Shown: positions 1 through 12,410, numbered from the stretch's first letter. The stretch is 54,136 nt of DNA from Octopus bimaculoides (GCF_001194135.2 NC_068981.1:185871275-185925410), one strand, 5' to 3'. Program-made: numbers and translations. Notes: generated by a model from the letters alone, not told the origin.

Positions 1-1
1 A

Positions 2-32
<31 letters not shown>

Positions 33-88
33 AAGAAGAAGAAGAAGAAGAAGAAAAAGAAGAAGAAGAAGAAGAAGAAGAAGAAGAA

Positions 89-119
<31 letters not shown>

Positions 120-152
120 AAGAAGAAGAAGAAGAAGAAGAAGAAGAAGAAG
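1..152. repeat. (AAG)n microsatellite
   Basis: Near-perfect AAG array at the window start. Confidence 0.98.
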
Positions 153-269
153 AATTAGAAGCAGAAACAATGCACATAACATTAAAAAAAAACCAACATC
201 ATCTCAAATATTACACCGCCTAACTTTGTCCTAGACAGAGAGCAGCTGATCCTCCTTTTCAGTGCACAC

Positions 270-560
270 TCACCGCAATTATCCTCATGTGGATGGGAAG
301 AACATGTAGCGGAGAAAGTTGTTAGATTTGTTAACTCAGTTGAGTCGTCTTAATCTTCGTCCCAGCACCGACCTCTGTCTCAAAGTTGCCAGTAATCTAC
401 CTGAAATCATCACAACCATCTCTTGGGCCACCGATATACTGTGTTGTCTAGACTATACTGGAAATCCGATGGCTTGCTCTGCGTCTTTGATTGCAAGGAA
501 TTCATGAATGTTTTGAGCATCAGCATCAAATTCGCTACATTAAAAGTTTTGGTGTAGATT
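270..560 (-). mobile_element. Possible very degenerate LINE APE-endonuclease fragment
   Basis: Minus-strand peptides KDAEQAIGFPV and ITGNFETEVG weakly recall the GVG(F/I) and IxGDFNAxVG motifs of LINE endonucleases; many stops. Confidence 0.2.
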
Positions 561-1099
561 CAATGATGAAGGGATTTATGTAATTCATGGAAGATCTCGG
601 AAACCCGACTACTCACTTCACGCAAATATAAAGCAGAGCATAATCTGTGTAATAAAGGTAGGATCGGGTGAAATGTTTAATCGAGGCAATTTCTTTTGGC
701 ACCAATAATCCTATCTGCTGGCACAGCTTCACTGTAAATTTATGGCTGGATTATATCAATAACGTATCCTCCATGAAATCAAGGCATGCTATGAATACAT
801 AAAATATAAAAATGTATGCAAATACAAATCCGATTTCAGCCTTAATCTTTCATTTCATGAGAGGCACATTGAAAGAGATACATATATTAAATTTTATTTA
901 AAATGCACGCTCAGTTTTAAGTACCCGAAATCGAAAATCAATTATATTCAAGATACGTGTTTTCCTTTCCGGAGTAAGCATTATTGTGGGTTTGGGTTTT
1001 TGTAGGAACTTATTTTGCAGATTGTATGATGACAAAGTGTTTGGCAATGACAAGTGATCGGGTAGTGAGAGGATGTAGCTTCAGTTTTCTTTCACATTA

Positions 1100-1900
1100 C
1101 ATTGACATCAGCTCTGCCAGTGATATGGCATTCAGTTTTTGGAAACAGCCGAAAAGAATCTGCCAGCGAAGGAATTTCAACCATGTTTCGTGGTCTGCTA
1201 CCACAACAGCTCCTTTATAGGATCCAGTTAGCTCAAGACATCATGAGGAGGAACCCCGTCCGGTTTCGGCCCCTACTCCTCTACCGTTTTGACGTGGCGG
1301 GGCCACCCCCTTTCGGAGGTATCTTCAGCTCTGGTGCTGGGTGCATGTCTTCTTTCACTGTTTGTGACTGTTCTAATTCAACTGTGGAATGTCCCTCGCT
1401 ATGGTTATTTTCCAGGAGGTTCTGGCCACACGTCTTACGGTTCATCAACCCGCGTTCTACTGAAATGATACTGCCAATGCTTTATTCTCTCTGCAATCCG
1501 AAATATCACTGTTTCGGGATATTTCTTCCATAGTCTACTTGCTTCCGTTTTGGTGAGTTGTTATTGTTGCATCTCATTTTGCTGCTGATCGAGCTGTTAT
1601 TGAGACAAGGCGAGAAATATTTCGAGATCGAAACTCCACAGTAGATAAGGTTTCTTGAAGTTGAAACATTGTCACCAGCCTCACTTAGACCATGAAGATC
1701 GATATTACCGATGATTTTAAGAAACTTACGTCAGTCATCTTTCCATCCACTTCTACTCCGTATGTTAGGCGTATTTCTCATTACAACGACAACTCTCCTA
1801 GTTCGTTTGCATTTTTGCTCCATATAAACAGTAATGCTGTTTCTCCTGCGGATATTCTCCAGTTCTTTTACGCTAACCCATCTCATCATATTTTAGTATT
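1100..1900 (-). mobile_element. Possible decayed LINE ORF1/gag-like segment
   Basis: More GC-rich than the flanks. Minus-strand frames give broken protein-like runs (LTYGVEVDGKMTDVSFLK; QLTKTEASRLWKKYPETVIFRIAE; ENNHSEGHSTVELEQSQTVKEDMHPAPELKIPPK), upstream of and co-oriented with the putative endonuclease piece. No firm motif. Confidence 0.2.
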
Positions 1901-2442
1901 TAAGAAATGCATTATCTTCCGCACTGATAATGTCAAGAATTAAAATCTAATAATATAGAATCTTGATACAAAAATATTCATTATAGAAATATTCTTATGG
2001 GAATGTACACAATTTGCATTTAAATTCAATACTTGGAAACTGATAGAGTACATTTAAAACTTGATAAAAACATGTGATGAACCAGTTCCAGACTAAATGT
2101 TTCAATTGTTTAGCAATATATTTAGGATATCATAAAGAACATTTCCACTGGAGCTCATGTTCGTGGTAAGGGCCATTTACACAGAATAGAGATTGATTTA
2201 TCAATACAACTTCCTGTATATGTTACTTTTAACAGATAAAATAAAGAAATTGCTATGAATCAGTAAAATTCCATTAACTGCTATTTTAAACTTCAGGGTT
2301 GCGCCCAAATCGTCTCAAGATTTTGTCTCTGGCCAGTTGGAAACATTATACAATGAAATTAAATCGATTTTCACGTAAACTTATTCTCTAAATTTCAGTT
2401 TTTCAAAATCACTATTAAAAAAGACTCATTGTAATCTTTGTG

Positions 2443-2479
<37 letters not shown>

Positions 2480-2775
2480 AAACTACTACCTCAGTTTATA
2501 TTTTAAATCTATATTTAACATTATTATAAGAGACTACATGTAGCTATTTCGTTTTTCATTAGGACTGTTCCACATTTTAGAATGTCACTTCAATTTATCA
2601 GTCATAGAAATGTTATGAATTTGCATGTGAACATTCAATCAGTCAATAAATCTCAGCCAACAAATCTCAGTCAAGGGCTCAAGAAATTTCCGTCACGTGG
2701 TCAAATATTTCATCATTTATTCTGTTAAATATTTTCGAGAATACGTAAATGAAAGTTATTTGCGAAATAAATAAA

Positions 2776-2990
2776 TATTGATTTCAAATTTTGGCCCAAG
2801 CAATTTCGAGGGAGTCGGGTAAGTCGGGTACATCGGCCCCAGTACTTATCTGGTTCTTATCTTATCGACCCCGGATAGATAAAAGCTAAAGATAAACTGC
2901 GGCGGAATTTGAACCCAGAGTGTAAAGACGGACGAACTGACGCTAAGCATTTTGCTCGGCGTTCTAACGATTCCGACAGCTCACTTCCTT
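2776..2990 (-). mobile_element. tRNA-derived SINE, family A (third tail variant)
   Basis: Sense strand has an A-box-like head (gagctgtcggaatcgttag), B-box gggttcaaattcc and core ccggggtcgataagataagaaccag, shared with the other family A copies. Confidence 0.8.
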
Positions 2991-3047
2991 AATAAATCAA
3001 TGAATAAATAAATAAATAAATGTTGAAATAGCTTTAACTTAGATCAA

Positions 3048-3465
3048 NNNNNNNNNNNNNNNNNNNNNNNNNNNNNNNNNNNNNNNNNNNNNNNNNNNNN
3101 NNNNNNNNNNNNNNNNNNNNNNNNNNNNNNNNNNNNNNNNNNNNNNNNNNNNNNNNNNNNNNNNNNNNNNNNNNNNNNNNNNNNNNNNNNNNNNNNNNNN
3201 NNNNNNNNNNNNNNNNNNNNNNNNNNNNNNNNNNNNNNNNNNNNNNNNNNNNNNNNNNNNNNNNNNNNNNNNNNNNNNNNNNNNNNNNNNNNNNNNNNNN
3301 NNNNNNNNNNNNNNNNNNNNNNNNNNNNNNNNNNNNNNNNNNNNNNNNNNNNNNNNNNNNNNNNNNNNNNNNNNNNNNNNNNNNNNNNNNNNNNNNNNNN
3401 NNNNNNNNNNNNNNNNNNNNNNNNNNNNNNNNNNNNNNNNNNNNNNNNNNNNNNNNNNNNNNNNN
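3048..3465. other. Assembly gap (one of about 15)
   Basis: N-run. Others at about 4381-4670, 10017-10684, 12491-13016, 13864-14404, 15326-15696, 18582-19306, 23625-23674, 26565-26902, 28146-28660, 31316-31503, 32681-32690, 35744-36605, 45179-45280 and 53048-53833; most abut (TA)n. Confidence 1.
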
Positions 3466-4189
3466 TGTATGCATGTATGTATGTATGTATATATATATAG
3501 TAAAATAACTTTGATCGAAAGTTATTGAAATATGAAAGGGAAACGAAAACATTAATGAAATAACTTTTAAACATTTAGAAGCAAAATCGAAATTAATAAA
3601 TAGTGAAATAACTTTATGAAAGGCAAAAGGAAAAAAAATACATATATGACGTACTTTTAAAACGTTGAGCATTATAAAATAGTCTTTCCGAAAAACATTA
3701 ATAATAACTATTGAGAATTATTATAAAATAGTGAAATGTCGTAATACTTTGATTTGCTCTCCGAAATTTTATAATTACTGTTAAGCAAAAGTAGAAATTA
3801 TAATTGATATATAAAATGCATACATAACAAAACAAAAAGCAGTTGAAATTAAAATGGCAGCCGGAAGTGTCAAAGTGAGTTAGATATGGAGTCAAAAAGC
3901 AGAGACGTATAAACACAGTGAATGACAGCTGTAAAGAGTTTGATGTAGATTAGTACCTAAGAAAGTGTTTCTTTTTTGTCATTTATGAAATATAAAATAT
4001 ATTGAAATTCAAATGTCTAATATTTTACGATTGTTATAGATTGATTAAAAATTTTTTTTACATTTTTGCTACATTAAACTCGTGGCTTTGCACTCAATAC
4101 GGATATATGTGTGAAAGAATGTTTGCATGCACACAGGTGCCTATCACCCCTCCCGCATATAAGTATACGTATATGTATGTATCTGTATA

Positions 4190-4340
4190 TATTTATAATA
4201 TATATACACATGTATGTATATATACATATATATACATATATACATATATATATGTGTAGATAGATACACACATATAAATATATGTATATATTATATATAT
4301 GAATATGAATTTATATATATATATATATATACATATATAC

Positions 4341-4380
<40 letters not shown>

Positions 4381-4670
4381 NNNNNNNNNNNNNNNNNNNN
4401 NNNNNNNNNNNNNNNNNNNNNNNNNNNNNNNNNNNNNNNNNNNNNNNNNNNNNNNNNNNNNNNNNNNNNNNNNNNNNNNNNNNNNNNNNNNNNNNNNNNN
4501 NNNNNNNNNNNNNNNNNNNNNNNNNNNNNNNNNNNNNNNNNNNNNNNNNNNNNNNNNNNNNNNNNNNNNNNNNNNNNNNNNNNNNNNNNNNNNNNNNNNN
4601 NNNNNNNNNNNNNNNNNNNNNNNNNNNNNNNNNNNNNNNNNNNNNNNNNNNNNNNNNNNNNNNNNNNNNN

Positions 4671-4711
<41 letters not shown>

Positions 4712-4720
4712 TATATGGTG
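4190..4720. repeat. Compound (TA)n/(TATAC)n microsatellite spanning a gap
   Basis: Directly visible. Confidence 0.95.
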
Positions 4721-5097
4721 TACTGTTCTCTGATGGTAAGATAAAAAAAAGTACTCCGTTTGTTGAGAGATAAATATTATTTCATAAACATAATATATAT
4801 TTTTATGAGCTACTATTTTCTGTTTTATTCTTCGTTTTCCGGTTTTTCATCCTTCCCCATTTTACATGTACTTCCTTCTCGCCTTTTCTTGTTTTTTCTC
4901 TCATCACATCGTTCTGCTTTTAGCTTGTTATGCCATGTGAGCACAGCCTCAGGATTGCGTGAAGGCACCAGGCGTGTCAAAAATGCTGTCTGAACTGCTC
5001 TATTGCATGAAAGTAATAGTAGCTCATAAAAAAATATATATTGTGTATATTAGATTATATGTATGTATGTATTTATGTGTCTCTTCTAATTTTCAAT

Positions 5098-5746
5098 TAT
5101 TATAAATTTTCCACCGAGGAGGCAACCGGTTTCCAACAAAGATACAAGGCTCTAACTTTGGGATGTAGTTAAGACAGGCAAATTCACAATTGGAACTTGG
5201 GGAAAATCTTGCATATTTTTACTCTTCCACTCACAGGTTGAACTTGTATTGTACGATTAGCCAGTCGATTTTCGCTTTCTAAAAATTCCATTTTATCCAG
5301 ATTCTCCTTTAAGCATTTACTAACAAAACGTAGTACTCCAATTATTATTGGCATGAATATGAATTCATTGTCTGGATATAGAAGCTGGAAGTTTCGAAGC
5401 AGTTGTCCATAGATCTCCCCTTTTTCTTTGATTTTCAAAGAGATATTTATATCTGCTGGGCAGCTGACCTCTATGATGGTACATTCCTTTGTCCCTCTGT
5501 TCCAAACAACAATATCCGACCTGTTATGTTTACATCTGACAGACATTTTCATGGGAATATTCTACCAGTATTCCTTGAGTTGGTGTTTATGAATGTATTC
5601 CATAACAGAGGGATTTTCTAAGAGTTTTTTCGGGACAGTCTTTTTTGCCGATGCCATTGTAAATTGTTTTAGCCACAACACCGTGCCGCATAGGGAGATA
5701 GTACCGTGACGACATTTTACAGCTGCTAATCACATCCGTGACATCT
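5098..5746 (-). mobile_element. 3' fragment of an RLE-type non-LTR retrotransposon (R4/Dong-like)
   Basis: DVTDVISSCKMSSRYYLPMRHGVVAKTIYN (end of the CCHC knuckle plus the RHxxVA motif), then HNRSDIVVWNRGTKECTIIEVSCPAD...KEKGEIYGQL...PIIIG (PD..E..K restriction-like endonuclease), then a short 3' UTR ending in taataa. Confidence 0.85.
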
Positions 5747-5810
5747 TTATGTATGTATGTATGTATGTATGTATGTATGTATGTATGTATGTATGTATGT
5801 ATGTGTGTAT
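5747..5810. repeat. (TATG)n microsatellite at the LINE 5' truncation
   Basis: Directly visible. Confidence 0.95.
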
Positions 5811-6357
5811 GTATAAGAGCATGCATAACAGCATTACCGTAGCAAGGGATGACATGTTTGTTTCATTCAGCTTTATGATTTGGAAGTCAACGACAGATGT
5901 TGGACTTTGAACAGGTTCAGGTCTGTCATAGAATGTGAACAAAAACATCATATTATTTACAAAGCTTACTCAGAGTTCAGAATTATTCATTAATTATAAT
6001 TCCAAATATTACAAAATGACACCAGCCACTTCTCGTGACAATAACATTTGTCTTGTGTAACCGAAATTTCATAGAAGCCAAATGAAGCAAAAAACAAAAA
6101 GAAAAAAAACATATTCTTGAATATGTTTGCACCTGTATGTGTGTGCATAAGAATATGAGCCCAGAAATACAGTCTCCAGGAACATAGACGAGAAAAAAAA
6201 AGAATAGAAATTGAAGCACTACATAATATTCTATGGTATGATTTAAGACAAAAATGACCCTAACATGAGCCAAATTCTCCAAAAGGGCACCATTTCCAAA
6301 ATATGAATGACATACCAAATCAATGAAAAAATACTAACCCAGACCAAACTATAAATA

Positions 6358-6578
6358 CGAGCGGGTGCTGAAAAGGACCTGACTTTGGGTGAAAGAAACT
6401 ACAGGAGGTTTGGTTTTTTATGATTTTATTCAGTATATTTTCCTCTCAGATTCACACATTTATTGCAGTGGCCCTTCAGTCTTTCTAAGGTCTGTAAACT
6501 CGGCCTTATGAATTCGAAATGTTGGACCACCAGCCAGGCTTTTCGCTATACTCTTCAAGCCAGGTACTTTTCAGTACC
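6358..6578. mobile_element. Mariner-like MITE (~220 bp), right end clipped
   Basis: TA|CGAGCGGGTGCTGAAAAGGACCTGACTT on the left. 6557-6578 reverse-complements to GGTACTGAAAAGTACCTGGCTT, a ~22-bp imperfect TIR. No coding capacity. Confidence 0.7.
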
Positions 6579-6662
6579 TTGGGAAAGTCTCTTCCACTAT
6601 AACCTCGGGCAGACCAAACGCTTATGAATGGATTTGGTAGGTAGAAACTGAAAGACGTCCGT

Positions 6663-6705
<43 letters not shown>

Positions 6706-6918
6706 CTTTGGGTCTGTGTTTGTCCCCACACATCACCACTGGTCAACTAGTTTTGAAGTGTTTACGTCCCCGTAATCTAGCGGTTCGGCAAAGGAACTGA
6801 TAGAATAAGTACTAGTCTAAAAAAAATAAGTCCTGAGGTTCATTCGCTCGACTAAAACCCTTGAAGGTGGTGGTCCAGCATGGCCGCAGTCAAACGACTG
6901 AAACAAGTACAAGATAAC
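6576..6918 (+). mobile_element. Composite SINE B+C, 5'-truncated
   Basis: CORE-like accttgggaaagt...gatttggtagg...actgaaag module, internal (TG)n, then module C ending ccagcatggccgcagtc-aaac-gactgaaacaagta; matches 36662-37040. Confidence 0.85.
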
Positions 6919-8188
6919 GATATAGTATCTTATATGCTGTGGTCACTAATTCTCTTGGTGGTATAGTTAAATCATTTCTCTTTCTTGTCTATTCAAAGAA
7001 CTCCACGTCTGCAAAAAGAAATTGATATTTCTTTTTTTGCGAAAGGGTAGTATTTAGATACATTTTAAATGGGTTCATAGAATTTTGGTATTGATATGCA
7101 GAATATTGCTTCAAGATAATTCAATTTCAACGTTCTATTCCACACATACCGTGTGCACACATATAGAATATGATTTGAATAAATCATTGTTCATTCACTT
7201 AACATTGGTCATGTATATAGCTAATGCACATGCATATATATTTCCAGCATTTGATCATTTCAAATCCACGCTTCTGCACTAATTTTATGCTTAGCTTAGT
7301 CTCTATTGAGGCAACAAGAGCTGTCAGTTAAGAAAATAACTTGGAGCAGAAATTTAGGATGTACATTCAGAGAAGGAAATGCGTCTATTCTTGTTAATAA
7401 ATGAGTAACAATCTGGAAAGTATTTGATTATTTGTATGGTGGACATAGAATTTATGTTTTTGCTAGAATAACTAACCTGTCGTCACATTGGCATTTAGAA
7501 GACTAAGACTTTCTCTATATGTGCTCGATAAATCAGAAAAGAAAACGGAAATTTATGCATAGTCTTGTTTCTAGAAATTTAGATTACATTGGAGAATCCA
7601 ATATTGATCGACGAATAAGCCATTCAGAATATTCTATACTCACTGACGATGAAATTCTTTGGAAACCAATTCTTTTGAGAAAAATTTCTGACATAATTCC
7701 AGGTAGAGTATTCTAATTTTAGAAAATTGGCACAACTACAGTGCTTCTGGTTAAATCTGAAAAATACTTTGGTATATTGTATAATACGCAGAGAAATCAA
7801 GTGGAAAATAACATTGTGATGAAGAAAATAGGAAACGTACCTTTGTTCATTAGAATGATGATAAAAGAAAATATATCGTGACTGGAGCTACTCTACCGTG
7901 ATGGAGACGTTTCTGACGTTATGTCCATGTACGTGTATATATCATTAATCAGTTGCAGATTTTTCTGACGGGTGTTCCATTTTTCGATGAAGAGGAATTT
8001 TCTATACATAGATTTTATAAAGTAAACGGCTGAGTATCCCACGGATAGATTCAATTTTACTGACATCCCTAATCAGACTGAGCGCTGAACAATGTGTCAA
8101 AAGATTTGATTTCTGAACTACTCGTCACACATTTTCACTCAAAAGGGTTGTATCGATACGAAAATATGGTAGAGGACAATGCCTCTAA

Positions 8189-8400
8189 GGCAGCGAGCTG
8201 GCAGAAACGTTAGCACACCGGCCGAAATGCTTAGCAGTATTTCGTCTGCCGTTACGTTCTGAGTTCAAATTCCGCCGAGGTCGACTTTGCCCTTCATCCT
8301 TTCGGGGGTCGATGAATGAAGCACCAGTTACGAACTGGGGTCGATGTATTCGACTTAAACCCCTTGTCTGTCCTTGTTTGTCCCCTCTAATAAAGAAATA
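8189..8400 (+). mobile_element. tRNA-derived SINE family A (tail A1), full length with TSD
   Basis: A box tggcagaaacgttag, B box gagttcaaattcc, core cttcatcctttcgggggtcgat. 15-bp TSD agaggacaat(g/t)cctc at 8171-8185 and 8401-8415. Confidence 0.92.
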
Positions 8401-8715
8401 AGAGGACAATTCCTCAAGGAATCGAGCTTATTAATCTCTCGCTCCATACACAAACCCAAACATACACACACACAGAAGCGCGTGTCCAGAAGTATTTACA
8501 CCTCCCTCATGCATTCTCTTGTTTGCTTCATTCATTGGATTGCGGTCATGCTGGTTATCTCCTTCAACGCTTTAGTCTGACAAATCGATATCAGTTCTTA
8601 TTTTCTAAAGTCTTGTATTTACTCTATCGGGCGCATTTTCAGAAACGCAAAATTACAAGGGTGTAAACAACAACGGGTGCAGACACAAGCGCTTGTATGT
8701 ATGTATGTATGTATG

Positions 8716-8765
<50 letters not shown>

Positions 8766-8862
8766 GTGTGTGTGTGCCTGTGTGTCTGTGTGTCTGTGTG
8801 TCCATGCGTGTATGTATGTGTTTGTGCATATATACACAAATGTATATATCCATATATAAATA

Positions 8863-8930
8863 CAGGGTGCAATGGGTAAATTATCGCCATATTATATTTT
8901 AAATTTCGGGGATGCGCAATGTTTAGCAGG
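8863..8930. mobile_element. Isolated Tc1/mariner-type terminus
   Basis: TA|CAGGGTGCAATGGG start resembles the TA|CAGGGTG termini at 39646 and 11763. Confidence 0.35.
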
Positions 8931-9133
8931 GTCATTAGCCTCAATTATGACTGTTATCCTAAGGACGTCCGAAGAAGGAATTGTATTCCGATATATCATA
9001 TCAGACTATGGATGCTTAAATTACAACAGTTATTATAGTCCATTGTTTGTATTATAGTGCATTGTTGTGTCATTCAAAATATTTTATTCTTTACAAACAA
9101 TACACAATGATTCAAGCGAACTACAATACTCTC

Positions 9134-9340
9134 AGATCGCTGACTACAGCATTCAAATTTTTTTACTCCGTGTTTTTCTCCTTGTTTTTTCTCCTTGTTT
9201 TTCTCCTCATTCTTTCTGTTGAAGAGCGTAGATCGAAACGTTAAAGACTTTCTCTAATTCCCGAGCGTTAAACTAATACACCCTTTTGTTGTTTACACCA
9301 CCTGTCCTCGTCTGGTGTTGTTTTTTTCGTAAATTCTCCC
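9134..9340 (+). mobile_element. Family F short element (Penelope terminal-repeat/retrozyme-like), copy 1
   Basis: Homologous to 31123-31315 (+) and 39733-39880 (-); carries a hammerhead-like motif; ends aaattctccc directly before (TA)n. Confidence 0.7.
9211..9247 (+). ncRNA. Minimal type-I hammerhead ribozyme-like motif
   Basis: TCTTT-CTGTTGA-A-GAGCGTAGATC-GAAA-CG-TT-AAAGA: stem I TCTTT/AAAGA, CUGnnGA and GAAA boxes, palindromic AACGTT helix III. Confidence 0.55.
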
Positions 9341-9522
<182 letters not shown>

Positions 9523-10739
9523 AATTGAGATCTACTGAATAGATCGAGCAGATCAAATTGAAGCACGCCACTTATGATGGCTAGACACTATGAGACAAAT
9601 CATCACATTAACAAATCCATTCAGTTAGTGAGTGTTAGTTGCATCGATGAAAGACTGTTCACGGCATTTATTATCCTGCAAATTCCAGAGTAACCGATGT
9701 TAAGTGGAAATTTAAGCGTGGCGTAATATCATAATAAAACTGTCGAATGGATTTCATAGTATATCATACCAACTTCTTAAGTGCATTACGTAAAGAAAAT
9801 TAATTAGTTTTAGGACTAATTATATGTAATTAAACCAGTTCAAAACTTTGTAATCATTATATTATAGCAACACTATTTATGCTATCAAAGATATATCCTT
9901 TCAACATTCTCGAATTCTCATTATAGTCTCTCTATAATATTAATTATTTCGCTCTCCTCTCCCATGCCATGAAATCCATTGTTTATTACACACTGCTTAA
10001 AATGGAGTCACAATATNNNNNNNNNNNNNNNNNNNNNNNNNNNNNNNNNNNNNNNNNNNNNNNNNNNNNNNNNNNNNNNNNNNNNNNNNNNNNNNNNNNN
10101 NNNNNNNNNNNNNNNNNNNNNNNNNNNNNNNNNNNNNNNNNNNNNNNNNNNNNNNNNNNNNNNNNNNNNNNNNNNNNNNNNNNNNNNNNNNNNNNNNNNN
10201 NNNNNNNNNNNNNNNNNNNNNNNNNNNNNNNNNNNNNNNNNNNNNNNNNNNNNNNNNNNNNNNNNNNNNNNNNNNNNNNNNNNNNNNNNNNNNNNNNNNN
10301 NNNNNNNNNNNNNNNNNNNNNNNNNNNNNNNNNNNNNNNNNNNNNNNNNNNNNNNNNNNNNNNNNNNNNNNNNNNNNNNNNNNNNNNNNNNNNNNNNNNN
10401 NNNNNNNNNNNNNNNNNNNNNNNNNNNNNNNNNNNNNNNNNNNNNNNNNNNNNNNNNNNNNNNNNNNNNNNNNNNNNNNNNNNNNNNNNNNNNNNNNNNN
10501 NNNNNNNNNNNNNNNNNNNNNNNNNNNNNNNNNNNNNNNNNNNNNNNNNNNNNNNNNNNNNNNNNNNNNNNNNNNNNNNNNNNNNNNNNNNNNNNNNNNN
10601 NNNNNNNNNNNNNNNNNNNNNNNNNNNNNNNNNNNNNNNNNNNNNNNNNNNNNNNNNNNNNNNNNNNNNNNNNNNNNNNNNNNNATATATATATACATAC
10701 ACATATATACATATATATATACATATATACATATATATA

Positions 10740-10898
10740 CGACGGGCTTCTTTCAGTTTCCGTCTACAAAATCCACCCACAAGGACTTGGTCCGCCCGAG
10801 GCTATCACAGAAGACATTTTTCCAAGGTGCCATGCAGTGGGACTGAACCCTGAACCATGTGGTTGGTAATTAAGCTACTTACCACACAGCCACTCCTG
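10740..10898 (-). mobile_element. SINE family B (tRNA head plus CORE-like module)
   Basis: Sense caggagtggctgtgtggtaagtagc...ggttcagggttcagtcccactgcatggcaccttggaaaaatgtc...gatttt gtagacggaaactgaaagaagcccgtc; matches 52816-52970. Confidence 0.88.
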
Positions 10899-11184
10899 AA
10901 AAATAGAAGTTGAAAATGCACTGAGAATAGTTAAAATAATTATTATTGAAATATTTGAAGCTTTAACTGGTTTCACAGCTTAGGCTGGTTTTCAAAAGTT
11001 CAAGTAGAAAGACATGGCATGTTTTTCATGCTTTACTCTAGGTTGAACAAGTCGCAAACATTGAAACTGGTACTAAAATGTTCTTCATGATAAAATTATT
11101 GTAGCATTTTCTACCTTGTCCTATTTTCCTTATACATATCAACTGGTGTGTTCCTTTTCAAACTTCTACACACACATGCGCACA

Positions 11185-11216
<32 letters not shown>

Positions 11217-11615
11217 CATACACACACGTACACACGCACACATAGATAAATAGATATATAGATATGAACTGGCCTCTAATTCATCATAACCTTGGCGTAT
11301 GATTTATGCTTATGACAGGGAAACATGAGTTATTTTGTTGTCTTGCTAAATGTGTTCTTGTCTCTCAAATGTGAAGACCTATATTACAAACCATTTGTTA
11401 CTTCGATTTTCTCAGACTGATTTGATAAAGACTCGAAATAATAACAAGATCAAAAATATAATTACATAATACATTTAGGAAGTTTTGTTGAAATTAAATC
11501 TGTTGATCGTATACGAAAGTAATCTTGTCTAATTTACTAGTCTTACAACTAATTTGGTTATATTATAGTACCAAACAACATATATACATACAAAATTATA
11601 CACACAGACACACAG

Positions 11616-11687
<72 letters not shown>

Positions 11688-11762
11688 GTATATACACGCA
11701 CGTTTGTATACACGTGTATGTGTAAAGTTGTATTCACGCAGACGTATTTATATATATGTATA

Positions 11763-11990
11763 TACAAGGTGCGTAATGTATTTGAGAGCATACATTTCTG
11801 GGCCCTTTGCTGCATTTTTTGCTAACTCTGTATAATCTTTCTTTCAGAAAATAATGATGACAGACAATCAGCTTACTCAAGAAATGAAGAGGCATGCTGT
11901 TATTGTAGTTATAAAGGATGAGCATACAGATTTAGAAATATCTTGATTTTTGAAAGTTGGCATATCTTTCGTCTATAAAGATTGTTAAGA
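11763..11990 (+). mobile_element. 5' end of a Tc1/mariner element (TIR start plus N-terminal HTH)
   Basis: TA|CAAGGTGCG terminus; peptide QEMKRHAVIVVIKDEHTDLEIS*FLKVGISFVYKIVK has the EIAxFLKVxxSFVYK helix-turn-helix pattern. Confidence 0.55.
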
Positions 11991-12101
11991 GCCTGGTGTA
12001 CCCTTATCAGATGGGTAGTCAAGATGGGTATAATGGGCTTCGTATATTTTACCCCAGCGTCACTTTGATGGCATGCACTTCTCTCTCACGTAATAATAAT
12101 A

Positions 12102-12234
12102 GAAGCAATAAAGAAGAGTGCAACTGTTAAAAAATGAACGATATTTCGACCTCACGAGATGTCGAAATATCGTGCATCACGAGGTATCGAAATACCGTTC
12201 ATTTGATAACAGTCGTACCCTTCTTTATTGCTTC
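12102..12234. repeat. Foldback/MITE-like imperfect palindrome (~54-bp arms)
   Basis: gaagcaataaagaagagtgcaactgttaaaaaatgaacgatatttcgacctc versus the reverse complement of 12181-12234; the right arm and its flank are duplicated at about 12329-12415. Confidence 0.8.
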
Positions 12235-12410
12235 CTTTCTTTCTGGAGGACCTCGAACCTATAAATATTACCAAAATGAAGTAAATTGACAAGTTTATTT
12301 TTGAACCTATGGAAGACACACTAGATCACGAAATATCGTTCATTTGATAACAGTCGCACTCTTTTTTATTGCATCTTTACTTTCTGGAGGAGTAACTTCA
12401 ATCCTATAAA

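Noticed and set aside
7620-7860. Stop-free minus-strand stretch ending KNWFPKNFI, reminiscent of the Penelope RT NG(Y/F)PxxFI motif
   Set aside because: A single weak motif and no other RT signature; not supportable without a profile search.
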